Positions 1-8,035 are shown, counted from the first letter of the stretch. The stretch: DNA of 64,000 bases from a virus (IMGVR_UViG_2516653005_000001:36993-100992); one strand, 5' to 3'. The notes: generated from the sequence alone by a model not told the origin. Made by a program: numbers and translations.

Positions 1-970
1 CGCACAGCACCTTGTACGGACCGATCGCAAATCCCCTCTCGTCTTCCGGGTCGATCGTGACGCCGGACGCCGCCAGCATCGGGAAACGCGCGGCCGACAG
101 GATCGACCGCTGGTCGGAGGACGAAATCCAGTGCTCGATCTGCTTGTAGGCCAAATCGATGAAGACCGGCCTGACAACGTAGTCGGCCTCGCGCTCGCCG
201 GAATAGAGCGTGACGAACGGCACCTCAGACATCTTGATCGGCTGCTCACTGATAAACGTCCAGCCGCCGGACGCACCACCAGAGGCCGAGGTCTTCTGCT
301 CCCAGAGCTGAACGATGCCGTTCTCTGTGCCCGGCTCGACCTCGATCACCCGGAGCTGGTTATACAGCTGCTCCTTGAAGTCGACCAGCTCGGCGCGCTG
401 GCTGACAATGCGAACGTGGAAAGTCTTTACGTCGCCGCCGACATATTCGTCATAGGCGGCAAGCACGCTGGAGTTCTTGAAGAGCTTGAAGAACGGACGA
501 GCGCCAGACGCCTTTTGAGCTGCGAGGTTAGGCATGTTGTAGGTGTCAGGGTGATCCACCAGCAGATGACACATGCCATCAAGCATCGCATTGTTGAAGA
601 GCGAGTGAGCAAAGACATGGATGTGACTACCCTGAAGATCGATGTCCTGAGCCCACAGCTGCAGATCAGGATCAGCATTCTGAAGTTTGAGAAGAGAGCG
701 AAACGGTTTCGCGGAAGCAGCGTCGACAGCCTCACGCAGCTTGTTCAGCGCGAAGGTTGAGGCAAGACGCGTCTGGTAGCGCGCGTCAGACTCCTTGTCG
801 TATTGCGGCAGGAAGTCCTTACCCTTGGCCCGCATCGACTCCGTTCCGCCATAGACGGCTCGAAGCATTTCGGTCCTGGTCGCCATCGTGGTGGCGGCGG
901 ACGAAAGAACACCAGGGTTTCCGTTCTGCGGCGACTTCGTATAGGTTTGAGCAATAGTATTGGATGCCAT
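1..970 (-). CDS. Portal protein (DUF4055-like), 5' part only; runs off the window edge
   Basis: Not in ORF track because truncated. ATG at 968-970 reads MASNTIAQTYTKSPQNG...RAVYGGTESMRAKGKDFLPQYDKESDARYQTRL with no stop to base 1; directly follows TerL. Confidence 0.8.
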   Translation of the reverse strand, partial: MASNTIAQTYTKSPQNGNPGVLSSAATTMATRTEMLRAVYGGTESMRAKGKDFLPQYDKESDARYQTRLASTFALNKLREAVDAASAKPFRSLLKLQNADPDLQLWAQDIDLQGSHIHVFAHSLFNNAMLDGMCHLLVDHPDTYNMPNLAAQKASGARPFFKLFKNSSVLAAYDEYVGGDVKTFHVRIVSQRAELVDFKEQLYNQLRVIEVEPGTENGIVQLWEQKTSASGGASGGWTFISEQPIKMSEVPFVTLYSGEREADYVVRPVFIDLAYKQIEHWISSSDQRSILSAARFPMLAASGVTIDPEDERGFAIGPYKVLC

Positions 971-985
971 TAATTGAACCTGACT

Positions 986-2437
986 TTACCAGTCTAGGAT
1001 CGCGGCACGCTTCGGACCGAGTAGCTCGTTGAAAGCATCGGACGCGGCATCGACTTGGTCGTCATGGACACCAAGCGGGAATGTCTCGAGTTCGTCGGTG
1101 AAGCATTCATTCCATCTTCCACTGACGAGCTTGACGTTCCCGGCCTCACACTGCGCAGCAAAGGCGGCAGCACGGGTCTCTTTCGAGCCGGTTGGGCGAA
1201 CGGCCTTGATCTTGTAGCCGGCGAGACGCCGGATGAAATTTTGGGCTTGGCTCTTGCCGGCCTGCCCTGGATCTTGCGGAATGACGATCTGAACCGAGTG
1301 GCCGTCGTTCTTCGCGGTCTGGAAGATTTGGTTCTCGACATCCAGCGGCGTGCCACGAAAGCGGATGACGTTCTCGATGTAGAAGACCCCGTTGGAGTCC
1401 TTCGACATCAGGACGCCGACAGTCCAGTCGCCGTCAGCCGAGGCCGCCAAGTCCCAGGCGCGGACGCGCACGCGGACGCTCGGCAATTCCTTTGGCTGCT
1501 CGAACCACGAGGCCCGAAACATGCCGCCGTCGTCTGACATCGGCTGCTGCTGATACAGCGCCGAGAAAGACCGTTCGCCGAGCACCTCCTGACGATCCTG
1601 CAGAGCCGCGAAAGAGAAGCGGTTTGGCGCTGCGGGCTCATTCGGCCGCCGGCCGAGAGCGTCGCCAGGGACGGTGCCGTCCTCGTTGAGGATCAGTTCA
1701 CCGTCGATCGTCTTCTTGACGATGGGCAGTGCTGGGATCTCGATGATCCGCCAGGGCAGACCTTTGCCCTCGTTCATCAGATTAATCAGCCTGCCGGCGA
1801 TGTCGTCGTAGTGCCAACGCGTCAGCGTCAGAACGATCGCCGCGTCTTCTTCAAGACGCGTGTAGACAACGTCTCGGTACCAATCCCACTGATCCTGACG
1901 AAACCCTGCCGATTCGACTTCCTTGCGATCCTTCACAGGGTCGTCGATCAGGAAAAGGTGCGCGCCCTTACCAGTGGTGCCCGAACCGACGCCGACCGCG
2001 TAATACTGTCCGCCGTTCTCTAACTGCCAGTCGTCTGCCGCTCGCTGGTCGGAGCGGATCGAGACACCAGGGAATAGCGTCTGGTATTCGTTCGACTTGA
2101 TGATGTCGCGGACATTGCGCCCGAAGGTCGTAGCGAAGTCAGCGTTGTACGACGCCGAGATCACGTTGCGATCGGGATGGCGCCCGAGATAGAAGGCCGG
2201 GAAGCGTCTCGTCGACAGCTCTGACTTGCCGTGCCGTGGCGGCGCGAAGATCATCAAACGCTTCGTCGTGCCGTCAGCTACCATCTCCAACTCACGCGCA
2301 ACGGCGTGGTGGAATGGGTCTGCTTGAAACTTCGGAAGCGTATAGGTGGTGAAATCGACGAGGTGGTTGCGGCCCCTCCTTCGACGCAGGATCTCGGCCG
2401 CTGCCTCCTCCGGGGAGACATCGGTGTCTAGGTTCAC
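986..2437 (-). CDS. terL: Terminase large subunit
   Basis: APPRHGKS Walker A, LIDDP Walker B, RAWDLA and HDDQVDA nuclease motifs. Confidence 0.95.
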   Translation of the reverse strand: MNLDTDVSPEEAAAEILRRRRGRNHLVDFTTYTLPKFQADPFHHAVARELEMVADGTTKRLMIFAPPRHGKSELSTRRFPAFYLGRHPDRNVISASYNADFATTFGRNVRDIIKSNEYQTLFPGVSIRSDQRAADDWQLENGGQYYAVGVGSGTTGKGAHLFLIDDPVKDRKEVESAGFRQDQWDWYRDVVYTRLEEDAAIVLTLTRWHYDDIAGRLINLMNEGKGLPWRIIEIPALPIVKKTIDGELILNEDGTVPGDALGRRPNEPAAPNRFSFAALQDRQEVLGERSFSALYQQQPMSDDGGMFRASWFEQPKELPSVRVRVRAWDLAASADGDWTVGVLMSKDSNGVFYIENVIRFRGTPLDVENQIFQTAKNDGHSVQIVIPQDPGQAGKSQAQNFIRRLAGYKIKAVRPTGSKETRAAAFAAQCEAGNVKLVSGRWNECFTDELETFPLGVHDDQVDAASDAFNELLGPKRAAILDW

Positions 2438-2456
2438 AATTTTCTTTCTTGAAATA

Positions 2457-2531
2457 TGGAGCGGACGATCGGGATCGAACCGACGACCACCTGGTTGGAA
2501 GCCAGGAGCTCTACCGCTGAGCTACGTCCGC
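2457..2531 (-). tRNA. tRNA-Gly(UCC)
   Basis: Cloverleaf GCGGACG/CGTCCGC, anticodon arm CCTGG-CTTCCAA-CCAGG, GGTTCGATCCC, encoded CCA. Confidence 0.95.
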
Positions 2532-2536
2532 AAAAT

Positions 2537-2657
2537 TGGCCCCGCCGTTAACTGGCAGCGTTTGCCCTGCTTGGATTAGAGTCGGGGCGACACGGCGGGC
2601 ACATCGACCGACTGCCCACGAGCCGCCGCGCAATTTCGCGACGGTGTCCGTGGGACC
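2537..2657 (-). ncRNA. Candidate structured non-tRNA RNA ending in CCA
   Basis: CCCACG/CGTGGG hairpin, then CCCGCCG...CGGCGGG-G-CCA; no ORF. Confidence 0.45.
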
Positions 2658-2659
2658 AT

Positions 2660-3388
2660 TCAAATGACGTCTTCAAGTTCGAGGCGCTCTGCCGTAAGGA
2701 TGAAATCCTTCACCAGCTCGGAGCGGACAATGTCCTCGCCCGTGAACCGGATGCCTTCGAAGCGGTCCATCTGCTCCAGGATCTTCTGAAACTTCACGAA
2801 GCCAGACTTCTGCCGATGAGGCATGTAGTCGGTCTGCTTGGTGTCGCCGCAGAAGATCACACGGGAATTGTTTCCGACACGCGTGATCAGGCTCGACAGC
2901 TCTTCGAATGTCATGTTCTGACATTCGTCGATGATGATAACGGCGTTGTCGCGAGTGATGCCGCGAACATAGGCCGTGGTCGAGAACTCGATCAGCCCCT
3001 TCTGCTTCAGCACCTCGTAGGCGTCGCTCCGGCCGTAAAGCTCCGAGCAGATGTCCTTGTATGGCTCCTCATAGACGCGCGCCTTTTCAGACTCGCTTCC
3101 CGGCAGGAAGCCCATATCTCGGGACGGCACAGTCGATCGGAAGACGATGACCTTGTTGAAGTCGCGATTTTCGACGGCCCGCAGACCAAGATACAGCGCA
3201 ATGAACGATTTGCCGGTGCCGGCCGATCCAAAGGCATAGACGTTCTTGCCATCCTCGAAGGCGTCGAAGAACATCCCTTGTCTATCGGTAAGCGGGCGAA
3301 TGTTGGCGATGTTCATCGGATTGACCGGAGGCTTTGTGCCATTCCGCTCAGCCCGACGCTGCTTTCTATTGAGACGCTTTTCGTTCAT
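2660..3388 (-). CDS. phoH: PhoH family ATPase
   Basis: GSAGTGKS, MGFLPG, YVRGIT, IIDECQN, GDTKQTD, DIVRS. Confidence 0.93.
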   Translation of the reverse strand: MNEKRLNRKQRRAERNGTKPPVNPMNIANIRPLTDRQGMFFDAFEDGKNVYAFGSAGTGKSFIALYLGLRAVENRDFNKVIVFRSTVPSRDMGFLPGSESEKARVYEEPYKDICSELYGRSDAYEVLKQKGLIEFSTTAYVRGITRDNAVIIIDECQNMTFEELSSLITRVGNNSRVIFCGDTKQTDYMPHRQKSGFVKFQKILEQMDRFEGIRFTGEDIVRSELVKDFILTAERLELEDVI

Positions 3389-3415
3389 TGCGCACCATGA
3401 GGATCACCACCCAAC

Positions 3416-3949
3416 TCAATGGACGGTGTCCTTCTCGACCTTTGGTCTCCCCGCGCGCTGAGCGATTTCGAGGAGCTGGTCCTCGGTCATCTCCTGCACG
3501 GGTTTGGTCACGTTGAGATTTGTGTGGTTCTCGTCCTTCTGGCCGAGATAGTTCTTTCCAAGGAAGATCGCGGCGGGCGCGTTCTTGTCGGCCAGGGCGA
3601 GCTGCTTGCGACGCAGCGAGATCTTTGCGTGCTGGAGACCATCCTCCAGCGCCTCACGCGCTTCGTCGACGGCGTTCAGGAAGTTCGTCAATCCGCGTTT
3701 GCTGATACCGAGAACGGCTGCGATCTCCTCCTGGGTGCAGAACAGCTTTCCCAGCTCAAAGATGGTTCGCAGCGTCTCCTCGTCCGGATTGACCTTGGTG
3801 CCGCGTCGTCTGCGCGGCTTGGCGAGTTGCTCGTCGAGGAATGCCGTCTCTTCTGCGCTCTTGACCTGTTCTGCCTTTGCCGCAGCTTCGCGAGCCGCCT
3901 GCTCCTCCTTGGTCGGGCGTCCTCGACGCCGAGGTGGTAGACCTGTCAT
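3416..3949 (-). CDS. terS: Probable terminase small subunit (HTH)
   Basis: Start reassigned to ATG 3949 after GAGG; TQEEIAAVLGISK helix-turn-helix and AAIFLGKNYLGQKD motif; upstream of TerL. Confidence 0.7.
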   Translation of the reverse strand: MTGLPPRRRGRPTKEEQAAREAAAKAEQVKSAEETAFLDEQLAKPRRRRGTKVNPDEETLRTIFELGKLFCTQEEIAAVLGISKRGLTNFLNAVDEAREALEDGLQHAKISLRRKQLALADKNAPAAIFLGKNYLGQKDENHTNLNVTKPVQEMTEDQLLEIAQRAGRPKVEKDTVH

Positions 3950-3957
3950 TTCCTCAC

Positions 3958-4302
3958 TCAGATGGACTCCGTAGATCCGCGAGCGCCAGGAAAGGCGCTG
4001 TCGATCCAACTCAGAATTTGCGATTTCATGGCGGCACCGCTTCGCATGGCAGTGACCACGCCATTGTCGAACGCGACAAGCGTCGGCACTTGCGACACGG
4101 AGTATCGGCCGGCGACGATCTGGCACTGCTCGACGTCTGCGCTGTAGAAGGTCACAGCGCCCTTGAACTCGGACTCAAGTTCATCGAGTATTTTCTGGAT
4201 GGCCTTACACGGTTGGCACCAGGTGGCACCGAACTTCACGACCACAGGCGCTCGCGCCTTCAGCACCTCGGCATTGAATGTCGAGTCCGTCAGCTCCTTC
4301 AT
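3958..4302 (-). CDS. trxA: Thioredoxin
   Basis: MKELTDSTF...ATWCQPCK, VPTL cis-Pro motif; start at ATG 4302. Confidence 0.92.
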   Translation of the reverse strand: MKELTDSTFNAEVLKARAPVVVKFGATWCQPCKAIQKILDELESEFKGAVTFYSADVEQCQIVAGRYSVSQVPTLVAFDNGVVTAMRSGAAMKSQILSWIDSAFPGARGSTESI

Positions 4303-4304
4303 TG

Positions 4305-4715
4305 TTACCTCGAAAAGATTTTCTTGACTGACGCCACACCGGCAACGCCGCAGACCGTCAGGATGATGTTGTATTGCATGTCGGCATACGGCCCCGGCAA
4401 AGCGGCTACCTTCCATGAACCGACGACGTGCCCCATCAAGGGGATGCTGTCGAAGACGACAGCGGCTGCGTGGAAGATGAAGATGGCGAATGCGGTCGGC
4501 ACCATCCACGCCGTGAACCAATGCTCGCGGTCTCCAGCCCTAAGCTCGGAGGCCATGCGCGCGACTTCGACCTTGTAGCGAAGCTCCGCAACGTTGAGCT
4601 GAACATCACCGCCGATGGCCGTCTTGAATTTTTCCAGATCGGCATCTGTCTTCTTGTTCAGCCATTCGAGAAAGCCGCTCGCGAGCCCTGGAATGAGGGT
4701 CAGGAGTTTCCACAT
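4305..4715 (-). CDS. Membrane protein, possible 3-TM holin-like
   Basis: Hydrophobic segments and basic C-terminus VKKIFSR. Confidence 0.45.
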   Translation of the reverse strand: MWKLLTLIPGLASGFLEWLNKKTDADLEKFKTAIGGDVQLNVAELRYKVEVARMASELRAGDREHWFTAWMVPTAFAIFIFHAAAVVFDSIPLMGHVVGSWKVAALPGPYADMQYNIILTVCGVAGVASVKKIFSR

Positions 4716-4726
4716 CTAGACCTCGG

Positions 4727-4942
4727 CTATTTGATCGGCTCAAAGTTGTCCGCGAAGTAGCGCGCAGCAACGAGCCATTGGTCAGCGTGGTTCTTCGGAT
4801 TTCTTGCGATCATGTCTCCGACTACGGGAGAGCCTGCTAGTCGATCAGCTTCGCTGATGCTAACACCGTCCAGCGGTTCACCCTGGACATACGGGCGCAG
4901 TTCGGCGATCTGCTTTCTCTGGAATTTTTGAAAAGAACTCAC
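4727..4942 (-). CDS. Hypothetical phage protein
   Basis: 71 aa, RBS AGGA, in-line with operon. Confidence 0.7.
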   Translation of the reverse strand: MSSFQKFQRKQIAELRPYVQGEPLDGVSISEADRLAGSPVVGDMIARNPKNHADQWLVAARYFADNFEPIK

Positions 4943-4956
4943 TTACTGTCCTGAAA

Positions 4957-5030
4957 TGGCACCAGAGGAAGGACTCGAACCTTCGCGCAGCGGTTTTGGA
5001 GACCGTGCGGCTACGCCGGAGCGCTCTGAT
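4957..5030 (-). tRNA. tRNA-Trp(CCA), atypical short D-arm
   Basis: ATCAGAG/CTCTGGT acceptor, CT-CCA-AA loop, GAAGG-TTCGAGT-CCTTC, CCA end; C8 and shortened D region. Confidence 0.75.
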
Positions 5031-5036
5031 ATGAAA

Positions 5037-5195
5037 TGGCTCGGGGCTTCTCAGGGACGCAGGCCCTCGGCCCCAGTTAACTTTCCTGCGCTGCTAAGTA
5101 TGTCGTGATGGCGTCAGCCCTTTCGGCGCTTCCTCAGTTTGTGCTGCCTGTAGAGGTCAGCGATCCGCCGCAGCCGCGACCAGCGCTTTCCACCC
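5037..5195 (-). ncRNA. Candidate structured non-tRNA RNA ending in CCA
   Basis: GCGCTG/CAGCGC, GGGGC/GCCCC and AGGG/CCCT stems; ends GAGCCA followed by TTTC. Confidence 0.45.
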
Positions 5196-5196
5196 T

Positions 5197-5286
5197 TCAT
5201 TTCTTGCACTTGCCTCCGGACTTGCGGCCTGAGCCTCCACCAGCCTTGCGGCCAGACTTTCCCTTCGACTTGGCCTTCTTCGCCAT
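5197..5286 (-). CDS. 29-aa Lys/Gly-rich basic peptide
   Basis: MAKKAKSKGKSGRKAGGGSGRKSGGKCKK with AAAGGA upstream; below ORF-track cutoff. Confidence 0.65.
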   Translation of the reverse strand: MAKKAKSKGKSGRKAGGGSGRKSGGKCKK

Positions 5287-5314
5287 GCCTCATCCTTTCT
5301 CTCGTGGTGTGAAT

Positions 5315-5391
5315 TGGTCTGCGCAGCAGGATTTGAACCTGCGACCTCTCGCCTCCAAAGCGAGCGCCCTACCGGACTGAGCTATACGCAG
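5315..5391 (-). tRNA. tRNA-Pro(UGG)
   Basis: CTCGC-TTTGGAG-GCGAG arm, GGTTCAAATCC, CCA. Confidence 0.95.
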
Positions 5392-5422
5392 TTTGAGCTA
5401 TGTCCCGGTGATGCCGGCGTAA

Positions 5423-5698
5423 CTATCCGGCTGGATCTTCGACGTGCTCTTGCGGGATGCGCCAGTGATGCGGGACGGTCGTCACCGACATCGCGATGTT
5501 CGGAAGCATTGTCCCGAACACCCAATCAGAATGCGTTTGGTTGATCTCTTCTGTCGGCCTGACCAGCTTCGCGTGTCTGTAGACTTCCTTTGGAACGTCG
5601 CCGTAGGCGATCGGCTCCCACTCTTCGCCGTTCAGTTTCAGCCAAGCGATCATGGCCCGCGCGTGACTCTTGGTCGACGCGACCATGACGTTCTTCAT
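5423..5698 (-). CDS. Hypothetical protein
   Basis: 91-aa ORF in-line with operon. Confidence 0.65.
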   Translation of the reverse strand: MKNVMVASTKSHARAMIAWLKLNGEEWEPIAYGDVPKEVYRHAKLVRPTEEINQTHSDWVFGTMLPNIAMSVTTVPHHWRIPQEHVEDPAG

Positions 5699-5708
5699 TG
5701 TTGTTCTT

Positions 5709-6026
5709 CTAAGAGATGATGCTGTCGATCCAGGCGAATAGCTCTGGGTTGTCTCGTCGCGCCATCAGAAGGTAAGGCGTCAACATGGTGACGACGCTCT
5801 CTTCATCTTCCTTCGGCGACAGGCCCGCAGCGCTCCAACATGCGTGGATGATTTCGTGCTTCAACGCCTCTGCAAAAATCGTCAGCGGAATGTCCGGCTT
5901 AATCTTGATGGTGAGTTCGTGCCGGTCACACTCACCGAGCTGCCCCTCCTCCTCGAACTTGAGAACGCCGATCCGCAGTGTCGTTGGAAATGGCAGATCT
6001 TCTGTCGATGTGATTCTATCGTTCAT
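5709..6026 (-). CDS. Small HEXXH metallopeptidase-like phage protein
   Basis: LKHEIIHA...DEESVV motif. Confidence 0.6.
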   Translation of the reverse strand: MNDRITSTEDLPFPTTLRIGVLKFEEEGQLGECDRHELTIKIKPDIPLTIFAEALKHEIIHACWSAAGLSPKEDEESVVTMLTPYLLMARRDNPELFAWIDSIIS

Positions 6027-6074
6027 GGCTCGCCAATTCCGGCGGGCTGCTCGGTGATCAAAAACACTTCACTC

Positions 6075-6323
6075 TCACAATAAGGTCAGGCTCTTGGCGA
6101 TCTGTGACCAGCGCGGCCAATGATCCATGTAGTCCAGCGGTTCGGACTGCGTCATTTCGCGGTCCGCCATGATGAACACAACATGCTCGAATTGGCGGCA
6201 AGGACTGTCACACCACGAGTGGGTGGCCCAAATTTCGGGACTTAGCTGGTAGGCTTCGCGATGTCGCTCGGCGATTGAAACGTCGCTGGCCACGATCGCA
6301 TTCCACGGTTCCTGTCTGAACAA
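6075..6323 (-). CDS. Hypothetical protein
   Basis: TTG start; overlaps upstream ORF in another frame. Confidence 0.4.
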   Translation of the reverse strand: MFRQEPWNAIVASDVSIAERHREAYQLSPEIWATHSWCDSPCRQFEHVVFIMADREMTQSEPLDYMDHWPRWSQIAKSLTLL

Positions 6324-6462
6324 TCTCGCTCTCGGCCAGTGTCAGTTCGAATTTCTTGTTGAGGTCGGCTCGCGCGTCGAACACCTCACAGCATCCGCAC
6401 CCGAGCAGGCACGTCTTCTTGCCGCGCAAGTTGACGTCGCCGGCATGTCGGTTGGTCTTCAT
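6208..6462 (-). CDS. Hypothetical Cys-containing protein
   Basis: ATG overlaps stop of 6459..6716; MKTNRHAG...LLGCGCCE. Confidence 0.5.
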   Translation of the reverse strand: MKTNRHAGDVNLRGKKTCLLGCGCCEVFDARADLNKKFELTLAESEIVQTGTVECDRGQRRFNRRATSRSLPAKSRNLGHPLVV

Positions 6463-6716
6463 TTTTTGATTCCGGGCGGGAGCCACGGCGCTTCGAAAAT
6501 GCCCTTCTCGGCGGCCACGCACCTGACGGCGTTCGCCAGCTCTTCCCGTCTCCCCTGTTTGATGGCCGTGACCGGCGTGTCGCCGCCCAGGACATCGTTT
6601 CCTTTCAGCATGAACATCTGCGCCTCGACCGGGCCGATCAGCTTGTCGAGGTGCTGAATGACGTTCAGCGCGACGCCAGCCAGCGGGCTCGTCGAGATCG
6701 GATCGGCCTCAGGCAT
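6459..6716 (-). CDS. Xre/MbcA/ParS C-terminal-like antitoxin domain protein
   Basis: FMLKGNDVLGGDTPVTAIKQGRREEL resembles the WL..PN..LGG.TP...G motif. Confidence 0.5.
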   Translation of the reverse strand: MPEADPISTSPLAGVALNVIQHLDKLIGPVEAQMFMLKGNDVLGGDTPVTAIKQGRREELANAVRCVAAEKGIFEAPWLPPGIKK

Positions 6717-7140
6717 GGGCCAGCACGATTAGAGATCCGCCTGTGCCAGGATCGCGCCTGGCTGCGATTTCGACTGCCGAGAGCGCGTCGGCACCGGCCT
6801 CCATCGCACCGAGCGCAAACTCCTTGCCCGAGCCGATCGCGGTAAACTTGTCGGTCAACACAAACGACCCATCGGCCTCGTAGAGGCGGATGACACCGTT
6901 CTTGAAGGCGATGATGCCGCGATCGGTTTCGCCGGCCTCAGGCGGCGGCGTGTCTTCGCCGGCTTCCAGAAACCATCGCCGGAACTTTTCGGCGTATACT
7001 GTGCCGCCGGCAGATCCTGCCAGTGCGCCGTCGCGGTCCCGGCGGTAGATCTTGACGCAGTCGGACGAGACGATGGCGTAGCCCTGGATCATCCGCCCAT
7101 CGGCGGCCATCTCGCCATCCCTGTAGGCGATCGTCGTCAT
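6709..7140 (-). CDS. Ntn-hydrolase (HslV/proteasome-beta-like) protein
   Basis: Start reassigned to ATG 7140: MTTIAY...AADGR, AIGSG..FALGAM, D..TGG. Confidence 0.7.
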   Translation of the reverse strand: MTTIAYRDGEMAADGRMIQGYAIVSSDCVKIYRRDRDGALAGSAGGTVYAEKFRRWFLEAGEDTPPPEAGETDRGIIAFKNGVIRLYEADGSFVLTDKFTAIGSGKEFALGAMEAGADALSAVEIAARRDPGTGGSLIVLAHA

Positions 7141-7400
7141 AGGCCGCGCCACCATCGCTTGATGAGATAGACCCAGACGGCCGGCGTCGTCAGATATGCG
7201 ATCGTGCCCTTCGCCGTCATGGCTTGGTATCCCTTTGCGTGGACAACGTATCCGTTCCAGCAGAACTGGTTGCGGCTCTCCTTCGACACGAGGTCGCCGT
7301 CCCAAACGAGGCCGCGATCGAACAACTGGAATGCAGTGTCGAGGTCACCGCTATCTGCGCGGAATTTTCCATCGACTAGGATCTTACGGATCATGCCCAC
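7137..7400 (-). CDS. Hypothetical protein
   Basis: 87-aa ORF overlapping next start. Confidence 0.6.
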   Translation of the reverse strand: MGMIRKILVDGKFRADSGDLDTAFQLFDRGLVWDGDLVSKESRNQFCWNGYVVHAKGYQAMTAKGTIAYLTTPAVWVYLIKRWWRGL

Positions 7401-7408
7401 GTCGAAAT

Positions 7409-7557
7409 TGGCCTTTTAGGGTTTGCGTTGAAACGGCGACCCTCGAAGCGAGGGGGTCTTTTTGATGACGGCAGGCCCCTGGACGGGAGTCTTCACACGG
7501 GCCTCTCGCCCGCGTCGCAGGATTGCGTCCGGTGCATAATCCCGGACTGCGCTGCCA
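7409..7557 (-). ncRNA. Candidate structured non-tRNA RNA ending in CCA
   Basis: Nested GGCAG/CTGCC, CGCAG/CTGCG, TCCGG/CCGGA, ACGCGGGC/GCCCGTGT; ends GGCCA followed by ATTTC. Confidence 0.5.
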
Positions 7558-7561
7558 TAAC

Positions 7562-7637
7562 TGGTGCCGGCTGAGGGGCTCGAACCCCCGACCTACGGAT
7601 TACAAATCCGCTGCTCTTCCAACTGAGCTAAACCGGC
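7562..7637 (-). tRNA. tRNA-Thr(UGU)
   Basis: GCGGA-TTTGTAA-TCCGT arm, GGTTCGAGCCC, CCA. Confidence 0.95.
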
Positions 7638-7697
7638 GATCGGCGGAACCAGAAGGTTGCTCTGGACAAGTCGCGCATCCCCGGCTTGGATCTGCCC

Positions 7698-7955
7698 ATG
7701 AAAGATTCCAGAACCGTCATAGAGCTTGAAGCCGAGGGCTATCACCACATCTGCGGTGAATGCTGCAAAGGCTATGTCTGGTTGCCCTTCAGGATGCTGC
7801 GAGAGAGTGTGCCTAGCCTGGACACGATGACGGTCGACCAGATCGGAGCGAGAATGCGCTGCACCAAGTGCGGCAGTCGCCCGACCCGCTATTACCCAGA
7901 GCGTCAGGAGGACGCGCCGGGCTTCGTCAGGAAGTTCTCGTATCCGTCCAGTTGA
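7698..7955 (+). CDS. Small zinc-ribbon protein, opposite to the surrounding operon
   Basis: C..CC and RMRCTKCG motifs. Confidence 0.55.
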   Translation: MKDSRTVIELEAEGYHHICGECCKGYVWLPFRMLRESVPSLDTMTVDQIGARMRCTKCGSRPTRYYPERQEDAPGFVRKFSYPSS

Positions 7956-7958
7956 AAT

Positions 7959-8035
7959 TGGCTTGGGAGGCTGGGCTCGAACCAGCAACAACTCGGTTAA
8001 CAGCCGAGCGCTCTACCAATTAAAGCTACTCCCAA
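7959..8035 (-). tRNA. tRNA-Asn(GUU)
   Basis: CTCGG-CTGTTAA-CCGAG arm, GGTTCGAGCCC, CCA. Confidence 0.95.

Noticed and set aside
131-760. 209-aa plus-strand ORF
   Set aside because: Antisense shadow of the portal gene
5112-5137. Hammerhead-like CUGAGGA plus stem on the minus strand
   Set aside because: The stem is followed by GACG rather than GAAA, and stems I and III could not be built
6075-6462. Second possible +1 frameshift at GAG-A joining 6208..6462 to 6075..6323
   Set aside because: The fourth base does not match CCUC and no domain evidence supports a fusion
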